Source: Lama guanicoe (Eukaryota). Taken from it: DNA of 64,000 bases. The notes below the pieces were generated by a model. That model ran no database searches, was not told the origin of the DNA, and worked only from the letters and a program-made list of their open reading frames with translations. Location of the stretch: positions 552,504-616,503 of the forward strand of contig MU056050.1 in assembly GCA_013239625.1 (NCBI GenBank). The letters are read 5' to 3'. Below are positions 1-12,030 of the stretch, piece by piece (position 1 is the first letter of the stretch; every line of letters begins with the position of its first letter). A program made the position numbers and the translations under genes.

Positions 1-19
1 TAGCTATCTATATACATGA

Positions 20-250
20 GACAGTATGGCCTGGTGGAAAAAAATCACAGATTCTGGCATCAGATAGACCTGGATTTGAATCCCAGATCCACCACTTATT
101 AGATGTGTGACTTGAGTAAATTTATGTTCTTTGCTGAGATTCTGTTTTCCTCATTTATAAAATGGGCTTAACCTGCTCATCTTATAGAGCTATTTGTAAG
201 GAATGAGTTAACATGTAAAGTTCTAGACAATGAATAAGAACTCAGCTAAT
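20..250 (+). mobile_element. MIR SINE (ancient)
   Basis: Degenerate MIR core: cctggatttgaatcccagatccaccacttattagatgtgtgacttgagtaaattt...ttttcctcatttataaaatggg. Confidence 0.85.
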
Positions 251-289
251 ATTTTCTCCAAATATTGTTAGTTTGTATGCTGAGGATCT

Positions 290-385
290 AGCAAAATCTG
301 TGACTATTCTTTATATATCTGCACCAGGCCTAGCACTGTGTCTCCTGTCTTGTAGAAAGAAGTTCAATGCATACTTTTGAATGGG
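290..385 (+). mobile_element. L2 LINE 3' end fragment
   Basis: atatctgcaccaggcctagcactgtgtct...agttcaatgcatacttttgaatg resembles the L2 3' terminus. Confidence 0.55.
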
Positions 386-409
386 CAAGCCTGGGAATAG
401 TCAGGAAAA

Positions 410-525
410 TTATTATTATCCCAGTAGATGGAGGTTAAATGGCCTGCCCAGGGCTGACATGGCTGATAAATGACAGAACCGGAATTCAAATTCTGGTCAT
501 TTTCTGCCTACTCCAGTGCAACTTC
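410..525 (-). mobile_element. MIR SINE fragment
   Basis: gaggttaaatggcctgcccagggctgacatggctgataaatgacagaaccggaattcaaa = reverse MIR core. Confidence 0.7.
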
Positions 526-1464
526 CTATGCTCTTTTCGATTGGTTTGCAAGATTGATGTGCTGGGAATAAAGTCTCTTGTAGAGGAGAGCCTCTAGAGA
601 GCCTAGGCTGGGTTCTCCACTAGGATTCAGGTATCTCTGGGCCTGCTGTAAAGAGCCCCCCCAATCCCACTCCTCCATGGGCTACCAAGGGGACCTCTGA
701 GAGATATGCTCACACGCTATGTCCAATAATAGTGCCTTAATTGTTAGAAGGTTTGGGCAAATCTGAGTATAGTCTATTGCCTGCCACTCAGATTTATCCA
801 TTGGCCTAGTTCCCAAGGATTTGCATCTAAACAGACACAAAGGGTTGAGGGATAGTGAAAGTAAAAACAAGATACAAGCAGGAAAAACAGTAGTTTCTCT
901 AAAAAGCTCTGTGAGACACTGGAAGGGAGGTAAGGAAGCACAGCTTTTACACCTACCTAATTGAGAGTTGGCTCAGAATATGGCCAACTGACACTAGGGT
1001 TTCCAGAGAACAGATCTCAGCTTTGGCACTTGGAGGACTGTGGTACATCTGTGACACCAGGGGCAGCACACAGTTGTAGATGCTACCCAGCCTCCAGGAA
1101 TTGATACAGTACACCCAGGGCCATTTTAAGAGTAGCACAAGGCAGCATCGGTGGCTTCATATGACTCTGGAGGCTTTGGGAACAGGGGGAAGCAGCATCC
1201 CTGGGACAAGCATTAATGCCCTCATTGTAATGCCCTACGAGGTGAGCGCTCGTAGCAGTGATGAGGTGCCTGCCATGTGGCTGCTGTAGGCAATGGAGGC
1301 CTAAGTAGTCTGTAAGACTGAGAAGGCTTATGAACCTGAGACAACCAAGTGGACGACCTAGAGATACCATGATGATGGGTTTGGGTGAAAACCAGAGAAA
1401 TGCTGTTTATGATGATTAATGTTCTATTTTTACCCATAGCTTGGTATGATGTGGGGAATTAGAA

Positions 1465-1518
1465 ATTAGTAACCTGACATCAAAAAATCAGATTAGTAAC
1501 CTGACACCAAAAAATCAG
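1465..1518. repeat. 27-bp tandem duplication (2 copies, 1 mismatch)
   Basis: attagtaacctgacatcaaaaaatcag / attagtaacctgacaccaaaaaatcag read directly. Confidence 0.95.
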
Positions 1519-2344
1519 ATTGACAATTTACCCTGTAACTGGGAGCCCTTCATGCTCCTGTTCCCCAGTGTGAGAGGTGCTGATTGTCAAAGGTAGAATC
1601 CTACCTCCTTCCTCCTGTTCCCTACTACCTGCCCCAGCACCCTACAAGTCTAACACTCTATGCTCTCAAGCAGAATTCCTGGGAGCACAGAAATTTGAAA
1701 GACAGGTTTCTGAATATGACTCCAAATCTCCATCTGACTCTTTGGAGTAACTCAAGCCAATAGGCTAAAGCCATGGCTGTGCTTCTCTCTTACAGATGTT
1801 GCCGTGCAAGGGCTGGGATGCTGACGTCATGCCTTTGCTGTGAGTGATACAAATTGCATCTGCCTACTCTCAGAAAAAGAAAACAAGCTTCTTTCCTCCT
1901 TGGTCATCTAATTGTCTTTCTTGTCCTTCAAGTTTAGCCAAAGATGTAAAGGCATTGGGTACATGTGAAGAATGACACTACCAGCAGCAGCAACAACCAG
2001 AGTAAACACTTATATGTTCTAAGGTACAGAACACACACACACTCCCTTCACCCCATTAGTCCATCTGCCTTCTCACAATGGCTTAAATGTTGGGTGACAG
2101 AGTTGTGTCTTCTTGACCAAACTAGGTTTTCCCAAAATATGTTTCTAAGACCAGTTGTTACAGGGAAATTTAGTAGGTGGTAGACAAGAAAGGGTTCCCT
2201 GATCAAGTAAGTTTGGGAGACATTGGGTTATACAATGTAAGCATATTTCTCTACTGCAGAACATTCCAGCAGGCTGTTGTATATGGAGACTGGGAGGGGA
2301 AAATAGTAGGTGAAGTATGAAGAATTTCCCAAAGAGAGGCAGCA

Positions 2345-2585
2345 AAGCATGGTGTTACGAGTAGGGGGTGCTGGCAGCAGATGTTCTGTGTTTAGAACTC
2401 AGCTAGGAGCTGTCACTTGCTGCTAATGGACCTTAGCAAATTTATTTTGCCTTTTGGTACCCCGGTTGTCTTTATCTGTTGAATGGGGATGATAATGATA
2501 ATACTTACCCTGTAGGGTGGCTGTAATATATAAAGTGCTTAAAAGAGTTCTTGGCTCTTGGGAGATGCTCAATAAATACGAGCTA
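2345..2585 (+). mobile_element. MIR SINE
   Basis: gcatggtgttacgagt...tttatctgttgaatggggatgataatgataatacttaccctgtaggg...gatgctcaataaatacgagcta. Confidence 0.8.
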
Positions 2586-3156
2586 ACATGATTTGACTCT
2601 GTAACCCTTTTCCTGCAAAGCTGAGCTGGGTCTTTCTGGTATCAAGACTATAGGGGATGGCATAGGGGAGAAAGCAAGTAAAGAAGGTCATATCAAGCCC
2701 GAGCTGAAGAACTACAACTCTGAAGTCCTAATCTCAAAGATTATTTCCCCTCCCCGTCTCCAGATATTTTTTTTTCCTTTTTAAGGAGATAATCACTTGC
2801 CAGCCTCAAACTGGTTATGTGTATGCATTTGGAGGAAGGAGAATGGACTAAATCACTGAAGGGTTTTGTCAATTATCCAGTGATTTGAATGGCATTGATT
2901 TCAGCATCTAAAAAAATGAATCTACTATTATTGAATTGTGTCTTGGAATTGTGCTAAGACTAAGGAATGATACCACAACATCTCAAGATTAATCGAAGCC
3001 CACAATCCAATTTAATTACCTTCTCACACTCCACTTTCAGCAGAAAATGGCAAATGGCAAGAAATCAAGCTGCACCCGGACTGGGCAGAGGGTTCTTTGT
3101 GAGCTGATGTTCTACACCTGCAACTAACTTTTAAAGACAGGAGCTATGCTAAAGAG

Positions 3157-3351
3157 CAGTAGTTCTCAAATGATCGTGTGTATTGAGATCACCTGTGTGG
3201 CTTGTTAAATTACAGAGGGCTGGGCTCCAACGCTAGAGTTTTTGTTTCAGTAGGGCTGGTTGGGGGCAGGTGTGCAGAGAGAGCGCTGAAGATTTTGTTT
3301 CCCAGTAATTCTAATGCTGCTGGTCCAGGGACCACACTTTAAAATCCACTG
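3157..3351. mobile_element. MER5A hAT-Charlie MITE
   Basis: Termini cagtagttctcaaa ... tttaaaatccactg; internal ctaatgctgctggtccagggaccacacttt; degenerate 8-bp TSD ctaaagag/atatagag. Confidence 0.85.
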
Positions 3352-3369
3352 ATATAGAGGTTAACGGAA

Positions 3370-3570
3370 TGGCACTAAAATTGGACAGACCTAGATTTAA
3401 ATTCTAGTCCCACCACTTAAAAGATGTAGAATCTTGGTTGAGTTACTTACTCGCGTGCCTCAGCTTAGCCAGCTGTAAAGTGGGGACAATAGTAGTACCT
3501 ATCTCATGCGGTTATTGTGAGGATTAATGAGTTAATATACACAAGGCCCTTAGAGTAGTGCCTACTGTAT
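3370..3570 (+). mobile_element. MIR SINE
   Basis: agacctagatttaaattctagtcccaccactta...ctgtaaagtggggacaatagtagtacctatctcatgcggttattgtgaggatta. Confidence 0.85.
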
Positions 3571-4604
3571 TAGTGTTAGTTGCTACTGTTGTTGTTCTTC
3601 TTATTAAGAGGTCAGGCTACTGAGTTGGGACAGGATCCCTCGAAGTGGGAAAAGAGCACTGATAATGACAGGCTGTATCGCTCCTTTTTAATTTGCCATT
3701 TTAAAGGGACATTAATGGTAGAACTTGACACCTTGGTTTCCTAGAGATGGAGATGCTTTCGGGTGGAGTGATCTCTACCCTGAGGGTTGGCTCACACTCC
3801 CCATTTTCTGGTTGACTAGCCTGACTCCCCACCAGCTTCACCCCACAACATGCTGCCGTTCCTCCTCTCTTAGCAAAGCAGTAACAGTACAAGTTTGGCC
3901 ACAGGCCTTTAAGGCAGATGCCTGCCACCTTTTGGGAATCTCACGGCAATATTTTCATTACAGGGAACATTTATGAAGTGCTCACTTGTGTTCAAACCTC
4001 CATGGTTTCATCTCTCTTTGAGTCCCAGCTAATTATCCTTAAAAAAAAAAAAAAGAAGTCCCAGTATAAAGTTTTGATGCCTTTGGTAAATTGCCCATAG
4101 AAGAAAGTAATTTATACATTTAGAATCCATTTACCCTGCCCTCAGGTATGCCTCCCTTGTCCCGAGCTTCCCTATGTACCTCTAGTTGTGCTGATAATTA
4201 GGCAGCTTGTTAGTATCATCAGATGCAGCTCTTTGCCCTGGTCAGGGAAGGTGGATAAATCTGGGTGTAAGGTAATCGATTCTTGAGCTTTTTGGATGGC
4301 ACTCCAGTGTATTTTTAAAGATCAACCCCTGCACTTGGTTGTGGTGGCTGATTCTGGTAGTCTGGAGGTGAAGGTTAATAATGCCCAGTGGGTCCATTAG
4401 CTTTAGCCAAGTCTTTCTTGATGGACTAAAATGGATTGTGGCTATCATCCACAGCGGCTTTCTCCTTCTGCTCATTAGTTAATGTCAGGGCTTTAATAGC
4501 ACAGAGCAAAAGAAAGGGTGTGTGTGTTTGTGTGTCCCCATTTGCCTTTTCCCTCACCAGCTGAGAGTGATTTATTTCTTTCTGCAGAGGGAAATATGCC
4601 TTAA

Positions 4605-4835
4605 TGATAAAAGTCCTGGCCTATAAATTGAAAACCCTTGATTCTCGAACTAGCGTCACCTCTGACTTGCTCTATAACCTTAGATGTATTAGCTAGATTT
4701 TCTGGGCCTTTGTGTTCTTTTCTGCAAAAAAATAGGATGATCCTGATCCCCATCTCAGGGTTGTTGAATATCTAATGAGATGACATAACTGGTCATGCTT
4801 TGGAAACTGATTAGTGCTTTACAGGTATAAGAGAT
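4605..4835 (+). mobile_element. MIR SINE (highly diverged, MIRb/c-like)
   Basis: Degenerate core ...ctctgacttgctctataaccttagatg...ctcagggttgttgaatatctaatgagatgacat. Confidence 0.65.
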
Positions 4836-6559
4836 AATTACAATACCCAACAAATTCAGATTAGCTATCCTGTGCTTTTTTTGCCCCTCACACCTGACAA
4901 GCTTTATTTAATGAGAATAACAATCCTTATAACTATTTTAAGCTAAAAATAGAAATTCAATAACTGTATATTTTACAGAAATAAAAATTAAATTATAGTT
5001 CAATATTTTCCAAAAGGAAAAAGAAGAAAAATCCTCTGCAATAAAAAGCATGGAGATATTTATCTACTTGGTGCTGCCAACAGATCAATTTCAGAGCTGA
5101 CCACAAGATGTCAGTGTTTGACAAGCACAGAGTTATTTGCCGCAGCTCCTGCATTAGCGTCTGGCTCCATTTCAGCAATCAAGTTTCTCTGCAAAGGAGA
5201 GGGAGTTTGTGTAACTGAAGCAAAGATTTTGCTTTCTCACTTCTCGCCCCGTCTTGCGGAAAACAGCCTGATGCTCTGGGTAAGTCGCCGTTATCTTCAC
5301 TTTCAGTGATTCCCTTTATAGATCTGCAGTCTGCTGAGAAGTTTAAAACACAAAATTAAACATGTGCTTAGCTCCCTGAAGGCCACATACTTGTTTTTCT
5401 TCACAAAGGTGCTTTTCTTTTTCCAGACCAGCCTTCCTGGCCTACCCTTTGTGTAAAATTAATCAAATCTAACAATGAAATACTGCTCTTGGGGGTCCAG
5501 GTTCCAAAGCTCTCAAATCAAGGTCTTTATTTTTTTTGCTATAGAGTGACACTTGCTCTGATTTCAGACCATTTTCTAAAAATGGCAGCTACTTGGTGTG
5601 TCATTTTAAAAAAGAAAACGTGGTCACATTGTAGCTGTGCTAAACAGCCTCTTTCAGTCCTCCTTCATTTTACACTTTTTCCGGAAGGCTTGAAAAGAGG
5701 CGATGTAATTAGGTTCCAGTTGTCTCTGTTGAACTCAGAGATGCTCACCTTCCCTTGGGGGAAGATGAATTTCTGTTACGGTGGTTTCTTATCACATCCT
5801 GGATTAGTGAGGAAATGTGCAGAGAATTAAGAATAAAGCTAATGATAAAATCAACTTAGCTCTTTGAAAAGGCCACCTGCTCTGTGGTTTTGGAATTCAG
5901 AGTTGCAGGGTTACTCCTCTTGGACAATTTTCAAGAGTGGGCTAGTCAGTGTTTTGGGTGTCCCTCTTGCCCTTTGTGGGCAGCCAGCTCAGACACATTT
6001 AGAAAGCATTTTGCCATGTAATTTGGAATTGCAACATCATTTCCTTGGTTTGCTCTTATCCCTTCTGCCCTCTACTTGGTCGGAAGGAATAAAATGATTT
6101 AGTGACCCAAAGTCAAAGGTGGCTTTCATGTTTGGCCACACTTCCTGGAGAGCAGCCGAAGGGGGCTGGATGTGACAGCACCTAGCAGTGTGGAGTAGTG
6201 CTCTGCTGTAGCATCCTGAGTGGCCGCTGGCCAGGAGCTGGCCTGGTCCTGGAGAATGAGTCAGCAGGCCAGAGTGGCTTGCTCTTGGAGGCAGGCTTGG
6301 TGTTGGTTTCAAGGTCCTCTTGGATCCAGGGCCTGTCTGCCTCCACCACCTCAGCGGTGTTTGGAGTCTTGGAGGAAGAAAATCCCCCTCACCCACTTGC
6401 AGGGCTCATTTTCCCTCACTTTGCCACGTCCCCACTTGTGCCCAAGACCTTATCCTTTCCCAGCTCCTCGTTCCCGTCCACACCGACTTCTGGTCTGGCC
6501 CCTTCAGCCTCTTCCCCTCCTCGCTGCTCCCCCTCTGCCTTCCTGCAAACGAGGGAGTT

Positions 6560-6735
6560 AGGAGCGAGAGTTTTGGAGTCAGACGGACCTCAGCCACGTG
6601 CTACCCATCTGACATGACGCAAGTACCTTTCTTTCTTGGAGCCTTGGTTTCTTCGTAACTGTACTTACCTTGCTGTGTTTGTGAGGATTAAATGAGGTAA
6701 AGTACGTATGGAAAGCACCCAGCACTTTGTGAGAG
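6560..6735 (+). mobile_element. MIR SINE
   Basis: ttttggagtcagacggacct...gtttgtgaggattaaatgaggtaaagtacgtatggaaagcacccagcac. Confidence 0.75.
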
Positions 6736-7129
6736 TTAGGGGATTCACAGCGGCTGCTGTGCATTTGGTTGTTTTGACTGTTCTCCTAATTGTCTGCCTG
6801 CTCTCTTTTCTCTGTCTTACCTTCAGCTATTCAATACGTCTGATGACTGGGTTCTCCTGCCATTTACTCATTTCCACTGATCCTTTCTCTTTTCTTTTGG
6901 CAATCATATTTACACTCCAAAGCTTTTCTTCTCTGCTTTTTGCTTGTAGTATCCCATTCGTATTTTATTAATGCAAAGGTCATCTCCAATCACTCTGAAG
7001 AAAATGATGACATTTTTGAAAACTCTCTTTTGTTTCCAGAATTAGCTCTCTTCCAGGGTCTTTTTGTTTTTCCTATTTGCTCACTTATTGTCCCTTCTTT
7101 GATTATTGAAATTTTGTCTGCTTTTTTCT

Positions 7130-7355
7130 AGGCCCGGCTCAAATGCCACATCCTCCATAATGTCATCCTTAATCCTCCAAATTGGAAGCCAATATTCCTT
7201 TCATCCTTCACTTCTATAACCCTTGGTCTGCACTTTTTTTTTTTATTACATGGCACCATCTATTACATAGCTAATAGATGTTTTTCTGGCTCAATTTGTT
7301 TTTCTGGCTCAATTTGACTTTCTTCTCAGAGTATAGATTCCTGGAGGCCCAGGAC
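7130..7355 (+). mobile_element. L2 fragment containing an 18-bp perfect tandem duplication (7279-7314)
   Basis: ggctcaaatgccacatcctccataatgtcatcctta is L2-like; unit tgtttttctggctcaatt x2. Confidence 0.6.
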
Positions 7356-7837
7356 TGTGCTACATGTTAGCCTCCCTGCCTTTATGGGGATAGGGAGGGA
7401 CTTTGGTCATCGCCACAGAGTGAGAATCAGATAAGACTATATAAGTAAGAATGTCCTGGTAGATGAAGGATTGAGGTGGTTGATGGAGACGGTGATAGAT
7501 CTTTTCTAGACATCTTTACAAATGGCTATGTCCTCACTGGACTGAGATGAGTGAAGTGGAGACTTACCTGAAGTGAGAGCATGGTCAAAATGGCTGTGGG
7601 TCCCATGAGACTGCATTGCTGGGATGCCCTGTCTCCCTGTAGCAAATGGCTGATAGCCTCAAAGTACATGTGTGTCAGCAAGGACCTGGCTGAGTAAGGT
7701 CTCAGCAGTGGGTTTGGACTGCATTAGGGTTTCTTCAGGGGAGTTTGGTATGAAGAATCATTGGGTGTTGACTCCCAATACTACGAATGAATGGATTAAT
7801 GGTGAGTCTTTCAGGAGATGACTATCGTGAGCAATAT

Positions 7838-8792
7838 TTTTTAAAGTCTTAACTTCTTTAGGGCAGTTTTAGGTTCACAGTAAAATTGAGATGAAAGTAC
7901 AGAGCTTTCCCATATACCCTCTGCCCCAACACATACATACCTGCCCCCACTATCAATATTCCCCACCGGAGTTGTACCTTTGTTACAACTGATGAACCTC
8001 CATTGACACATCATAATCACCAACAGTCCAGAGTTTACCTTTGGCTTCACTCTTGGCATTGTATATTCTATGGATTTGGACAAATGTCTAATGATGTGTA
8101 TCCATCATTATAGTATCAAACAGAATATTTTCACTGGCCTAAAAATCCTCTGTCCTCTACCTGTTCATCCCTTCCCCCTTATCTCTTCTCAACCCCTGGC
8201 AACCACTGATCATTTTACTGTCTCCATAGTTGTGCCTTTTCCTGTATATCATACAGTTGGAATCATACAATATGTAGCCTTTTCAGATTGGTTTCTTTCA
8301 CTTAGTAATATGTGTTTAAGTTTCCTTCCTATCTTTTCATGGCTTGATAGCTCATTTATTTTTGGCTCTGAATAATATTCCATTGTCTGGATGTACCACA
8401 GTTTATCCATTCACCTACTGAAGGACATCTTGTTTGCTTCCACATTTGGGCAGTTATGAATAAAGCTTCTGTAAGCATTTGTGTGCCGGTTTTTGTGTGG
8501 ATATGAGTTTTCAACTCCTTTGGGCAAATTCCAAGGAGCACAATTGCTGGATTGTATGGTAAGAGTATGCCTAGTTTTGTAAGAAACTGCCAAACTGTCT
8601 TCCAAAGTAACTGTACCATTTTGTATTCCCACCAGCAATGAATGAGCATTTCTACTGCTCCACATTCTCACCAGCATTTGATGTTGTCAGTGTTGCAGAT
8701 TTTGATTATTCTAATAGGTGTGTAATGGTGTCTCTTTGTTGTTTTAATTTGCATTTCACTGATGATATATGATGTGGAGCATCTTTTCATTC
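7838..8792 (-). mobile_element. Old L1 (L1MA/L1MB-type): 3' UTR plus ORF2 C-terminal remnant
   Basis: ORF 8356-8649(-) LIHCWWEYKMVQLLWKTVWQFLTKL...PYNPAIVLLGICPKE is the L1 ORF2p C-terminus; typical 3'UTR gggcagttttaggttcacagtaaaattgag. Confidence 0.92.
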
Positions 8793-8871
8793 ACTGAGTA
8801 AGTTATTTAAATGCAATCATGGGAGTATTCAGTTATGGTTGGGGTTGACAGTAGAGACTCCTTATTCAGCT

Positions 8872-9235
8872 ACCCATCCATTCATTTATTCAACAAATAT
8901 TTACTGAGTGTTTTCTATGGCCCAGGCACTGTTCTAGGCCCATATGTGAATAAAACCGATACTATTTGAAATTCTCAGAAAATAGTTGCTGGTGTGGAGG
9001 GAAGAAAACATTAAACAAATAAATAAAAATAAATCAGATGAAATCAGGCACTGATAAGTGTTATAAATGTGCTAGAGTAGACACGTGCTAGGTAGGAAAG
9101 GCCTGTCTGAGAGGAGGTATACAATTTACTGTACATTTTAGGAGGAACAGGTTGCTAGGCAGAGGGAATGGCTAGTACTGAGGCCAGTGAGCTGAGACTC
9201 AGCATTTTACGCAGAATATAAAAAAGCTGTGATGT
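8872..9235 (-). mobile_element. L2 LINE 3' fragment
   Basis: ccattcatttattcaacaaatatttactgagtgttttctatggcccaggcactgttctagg = reverse L2 3' end. Confidence 0.85.
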
Positions 9236-10949
9236 CTCAGATAGTCTTTACCAAAGGCTGTGGTGGTGGGGTTTGTATGGGGAGGAGGTGGCACAGTGAG
9301 GACGTCTCAATTGGACTTTCATCAACATCCTTCCAAACATTTAAGGACTCAGCTAGCTGGACCAGACACAGAGGAAACTGAAAGTGAGGCTTTTAGTCTC
9401 TGACATCGATGCTGATGTTCAGGAGTTGACAGAGATGATTGTGAATCAACATTTAGGAGGCAGGAAAGCATGGCTTTGATTCCTTTCCTCCATCTCTCTC
9501 TCCTCTCTGTATGCATTTAGTGAAAGAATTTGACAGATTAATTCACACTAAAATGTTAGTGGTTGTATGTGACCCCTCTTGTGGGTATTTGCCTTTTGAA
9601 AGAAGACTCCTAGGGAAGAGGCAATAAATACAGGAGCAAATGAACGAAATGATTGAGCTTCCAGTGTTGGAATTTCAAACCCCAGGCTGGCTAGGTAAAG
9701 GAGAAATGCCCTTTAAGTCTATTAACATCTTTTATCTACGTCTTCCAGATTCATGATGTCTCATGTCTGTACCTCCACCTAGACTCTTTGCTAACAGGCC
9801 TTCCCTGTCCCAGATCGGGAGGTGGTTCTAGATGTGTGCATAGCAGCCTCTGGGGATCATCCACATTTTCCATCTGCTGCTGGAGCCCAGTGTTTTGAAC
9901 CTTGGTTTCCTGCCTGAAAACAGGAACAGTTTCTACCTTCCCCCCAACCCCCTTGAGCTTGGAAGGCTGACAGAGAAGATTAAGATCATTGCCATCAAGT
10001 TTTTATCTGCTATAAGCAAAAACAGGAAACCAAGAAATAAAGGCACAGCTCAGCAATAGCTTCTGAGTGGGTAACACGGGAGAAGTTTTTCTTAAATCCT
10101 CTTCCCGTGTACCTTCCCACCCACATGTTCTTAGTCAGATTTATTTTTTGCCTGTCAGTTTCTGAGGATGACAAGAAACTTGCCCTTTTCTTAACTATGG
10201 TTTTCAGAAGCAGATTATCCTGCACTTAGTTGAGACCTCTTGTGGAACCCTTGGAATAAATAATACCCTCAGCTCAGGGAGTGGGTGTTGAATAGAGATT
10301 TTATGACTCATAATGGAGTGTCAAAGTAGCCTTGCAGATGTATGGGTCCTTTGTCAATTTTGGAAATGACACTGGGTAGAGCCCACTTGAAATGCTGTGA
10401 TTGAGAAAGTTCTAAGAAGAACGTTCAGCATCTCTTGATATTTAAAAGTCCCACTTAGAATGCTGGCCTTTTTCAAAGGTGACTTGGGTTTAGCCTGCCA
10501 GGCAGCTGTCCTCAGAGCATTTCTCTGGGGGGCCAGTGGAGGGCACGGCTCCAGGATGAAAGGAGAAAAAGACTGGCATTTCCCTGGCCTGTGTCTTGAG
10601 GTACTTGTTCCCAAAAGGAGGATAAAGTCAAATTGTATGCTTTCCCTAGAGCAGAAGAGAGCTCTCCTGATACCATGCAGTTAGACACCTCCCAGCCTCA
10701 GGCCTGTCCTAGTCTCTCTCTCCCTCCCTCCCTCCCGCTCTCCTCCTGGAGGAAATGAAAAGTGTGGCTCTCTCACTAGGCCCATGGGTCGGAGGGCAGC
10801 CTCGCCTTGAACTGAGCCCCTCTTGGGATGTCATCTCAACTGCCACACTCTTAGCACAGGCCCTGTTGGTGCAGGTTTCTCATTAGCAGTTGCTTTGTAG
10901 CCGTGAGGTTCTGTGATAAACCTCTAGGGCTATTTGTGCTCCATGCAGA

Positions 10950-11475
10950 TCCTATTCGAACAACAGATGTTCATTAATACCTACTGTGTTCATGATACAA
11001 TGGGCTACTTGAAAACAGTATGAAATGTGTTCTTGCTTCTCATGAATTCAAGAGCCTGTTGGGGGATTTAAAAAAAAACATGGTCCAAGTAGAGAATAAT
11101 CCAGGTTAGCAGAAAATGAAGCACTCGATTGTGTGATTCAGACTATAGTGAGCACTTAGTGGGTAAGAGGAGGGAGAAAGAAGGTGGGCTGGCGAGGCTA
11201 GGAAGGTCAAGGTCTTCCTGGAGGACGCAGGCCTGAAAGCACGAATAGTACCTAGTTGGGGGAAGAGAAGTGAGTGCACGCAAGGCAGAAGGGCCAGCAA
11301 AGTTATGGAGAGGGACTGGCTGTGGTGTGTATGTGCCTCGGGGCCCATCAGAGTTGAGTTTTCTGAAGTGGGGTGTCCTTGTTTAGGAGACGTGTGACTG
11401 GAGGGCGGGGATAGGGTGGGGCCAGACAATGAGCATCTCAGAAGCCAGACAAGCTTTGATTTGAACTGCATTCAT
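10950..11475 (-). mobile_element. L2 fragment (diverged)
   Basis: attcgaacaacagatgttcattaatacctactgtg start; ggaaggtcaaggtcttcctggaggacgcaggcctgaa further in. Confidence 0.6.
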
Positions 11476-11479
11476 CAGG

Positions 11480-11880
11480 TTCTTTGGTTGGTGAGGGACA
11501 GAGACTCTTTCAAATGATCTTAAGCAAAGGGGTGTGGAATATTGTAAAAGAGCTATAAGGGAGAGGAGGCTTGAGGGGACCCAACAATCAGGAAGCAGAG
11601 TGCAGTGAGGCCTCATGGGGACTGTCCCGGGATCCATGGCAGCTTTGGGGACCTTAGCAGCAGGATTGGAGACTTTCCCCTCTAGTGCTCTAATAGTAAC
11701 ATGACTCAGCCCACTCCCCCTCACTACTGCCTGCCTCCATTTCCCCTCTGCTCAGGTCGTCCTTTCTCTAGTTCCCGGTTCTGTTTTACTCATCATCTCT
11801 GCTTCCCTGGAATTTTGCTTTCTATAGCCCATCAAGGCTCTGGTTTCTGGTTTTCCTCTTATAATTCTGACTCTTCCTCA
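11480..11880 (-). mobile_element. Probable old MaLR (MLT1-type) LTR remnant
   Basis: ttggttggtgagggacagagactctttcaaatgatcttaagcaaagggg resembles the reverse end of old MLT1 LTRs. Confidence 0.4.
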
Positions 11881-11914
11881 TGCCTTCTCTTCAGGCATCC
11901 TTCCAGCTTCAGCT

Positions 11915-12030
11915 GCTCTCTTCCCAACCCCTCCTCTCCTCTTTCCCCTCCCCCTCGTCTTCCCTGTCCCTCCTCTCTTTTCCCCTCCTTTCTCTTCCCC
12001 TCCCTGCAACACCCCCTCCCTCTCCCTCTA
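11915..12030. repeat. Polypyrimidine/polypurine low-complexity tract
   Basis: ~115 bp almost only C/T on the + strand, with many C3-C5 runs. Confidence 0.9.

Noticed and set aside
6198..6658. Cluster of overlapping 110-140 aa ORFs
   Set aside because: Ser/Pro/Leu-rich translations of a C/T-rich stretch running into a MIR; no coding signature
7561..7650. Minus-strand 69-nt exon candidate ending in a perfect CAG|GTAAGT donor
   Set aside because: Weak pyrimidine tract, unrecognised peptide, and opposite to the inferred host orientation
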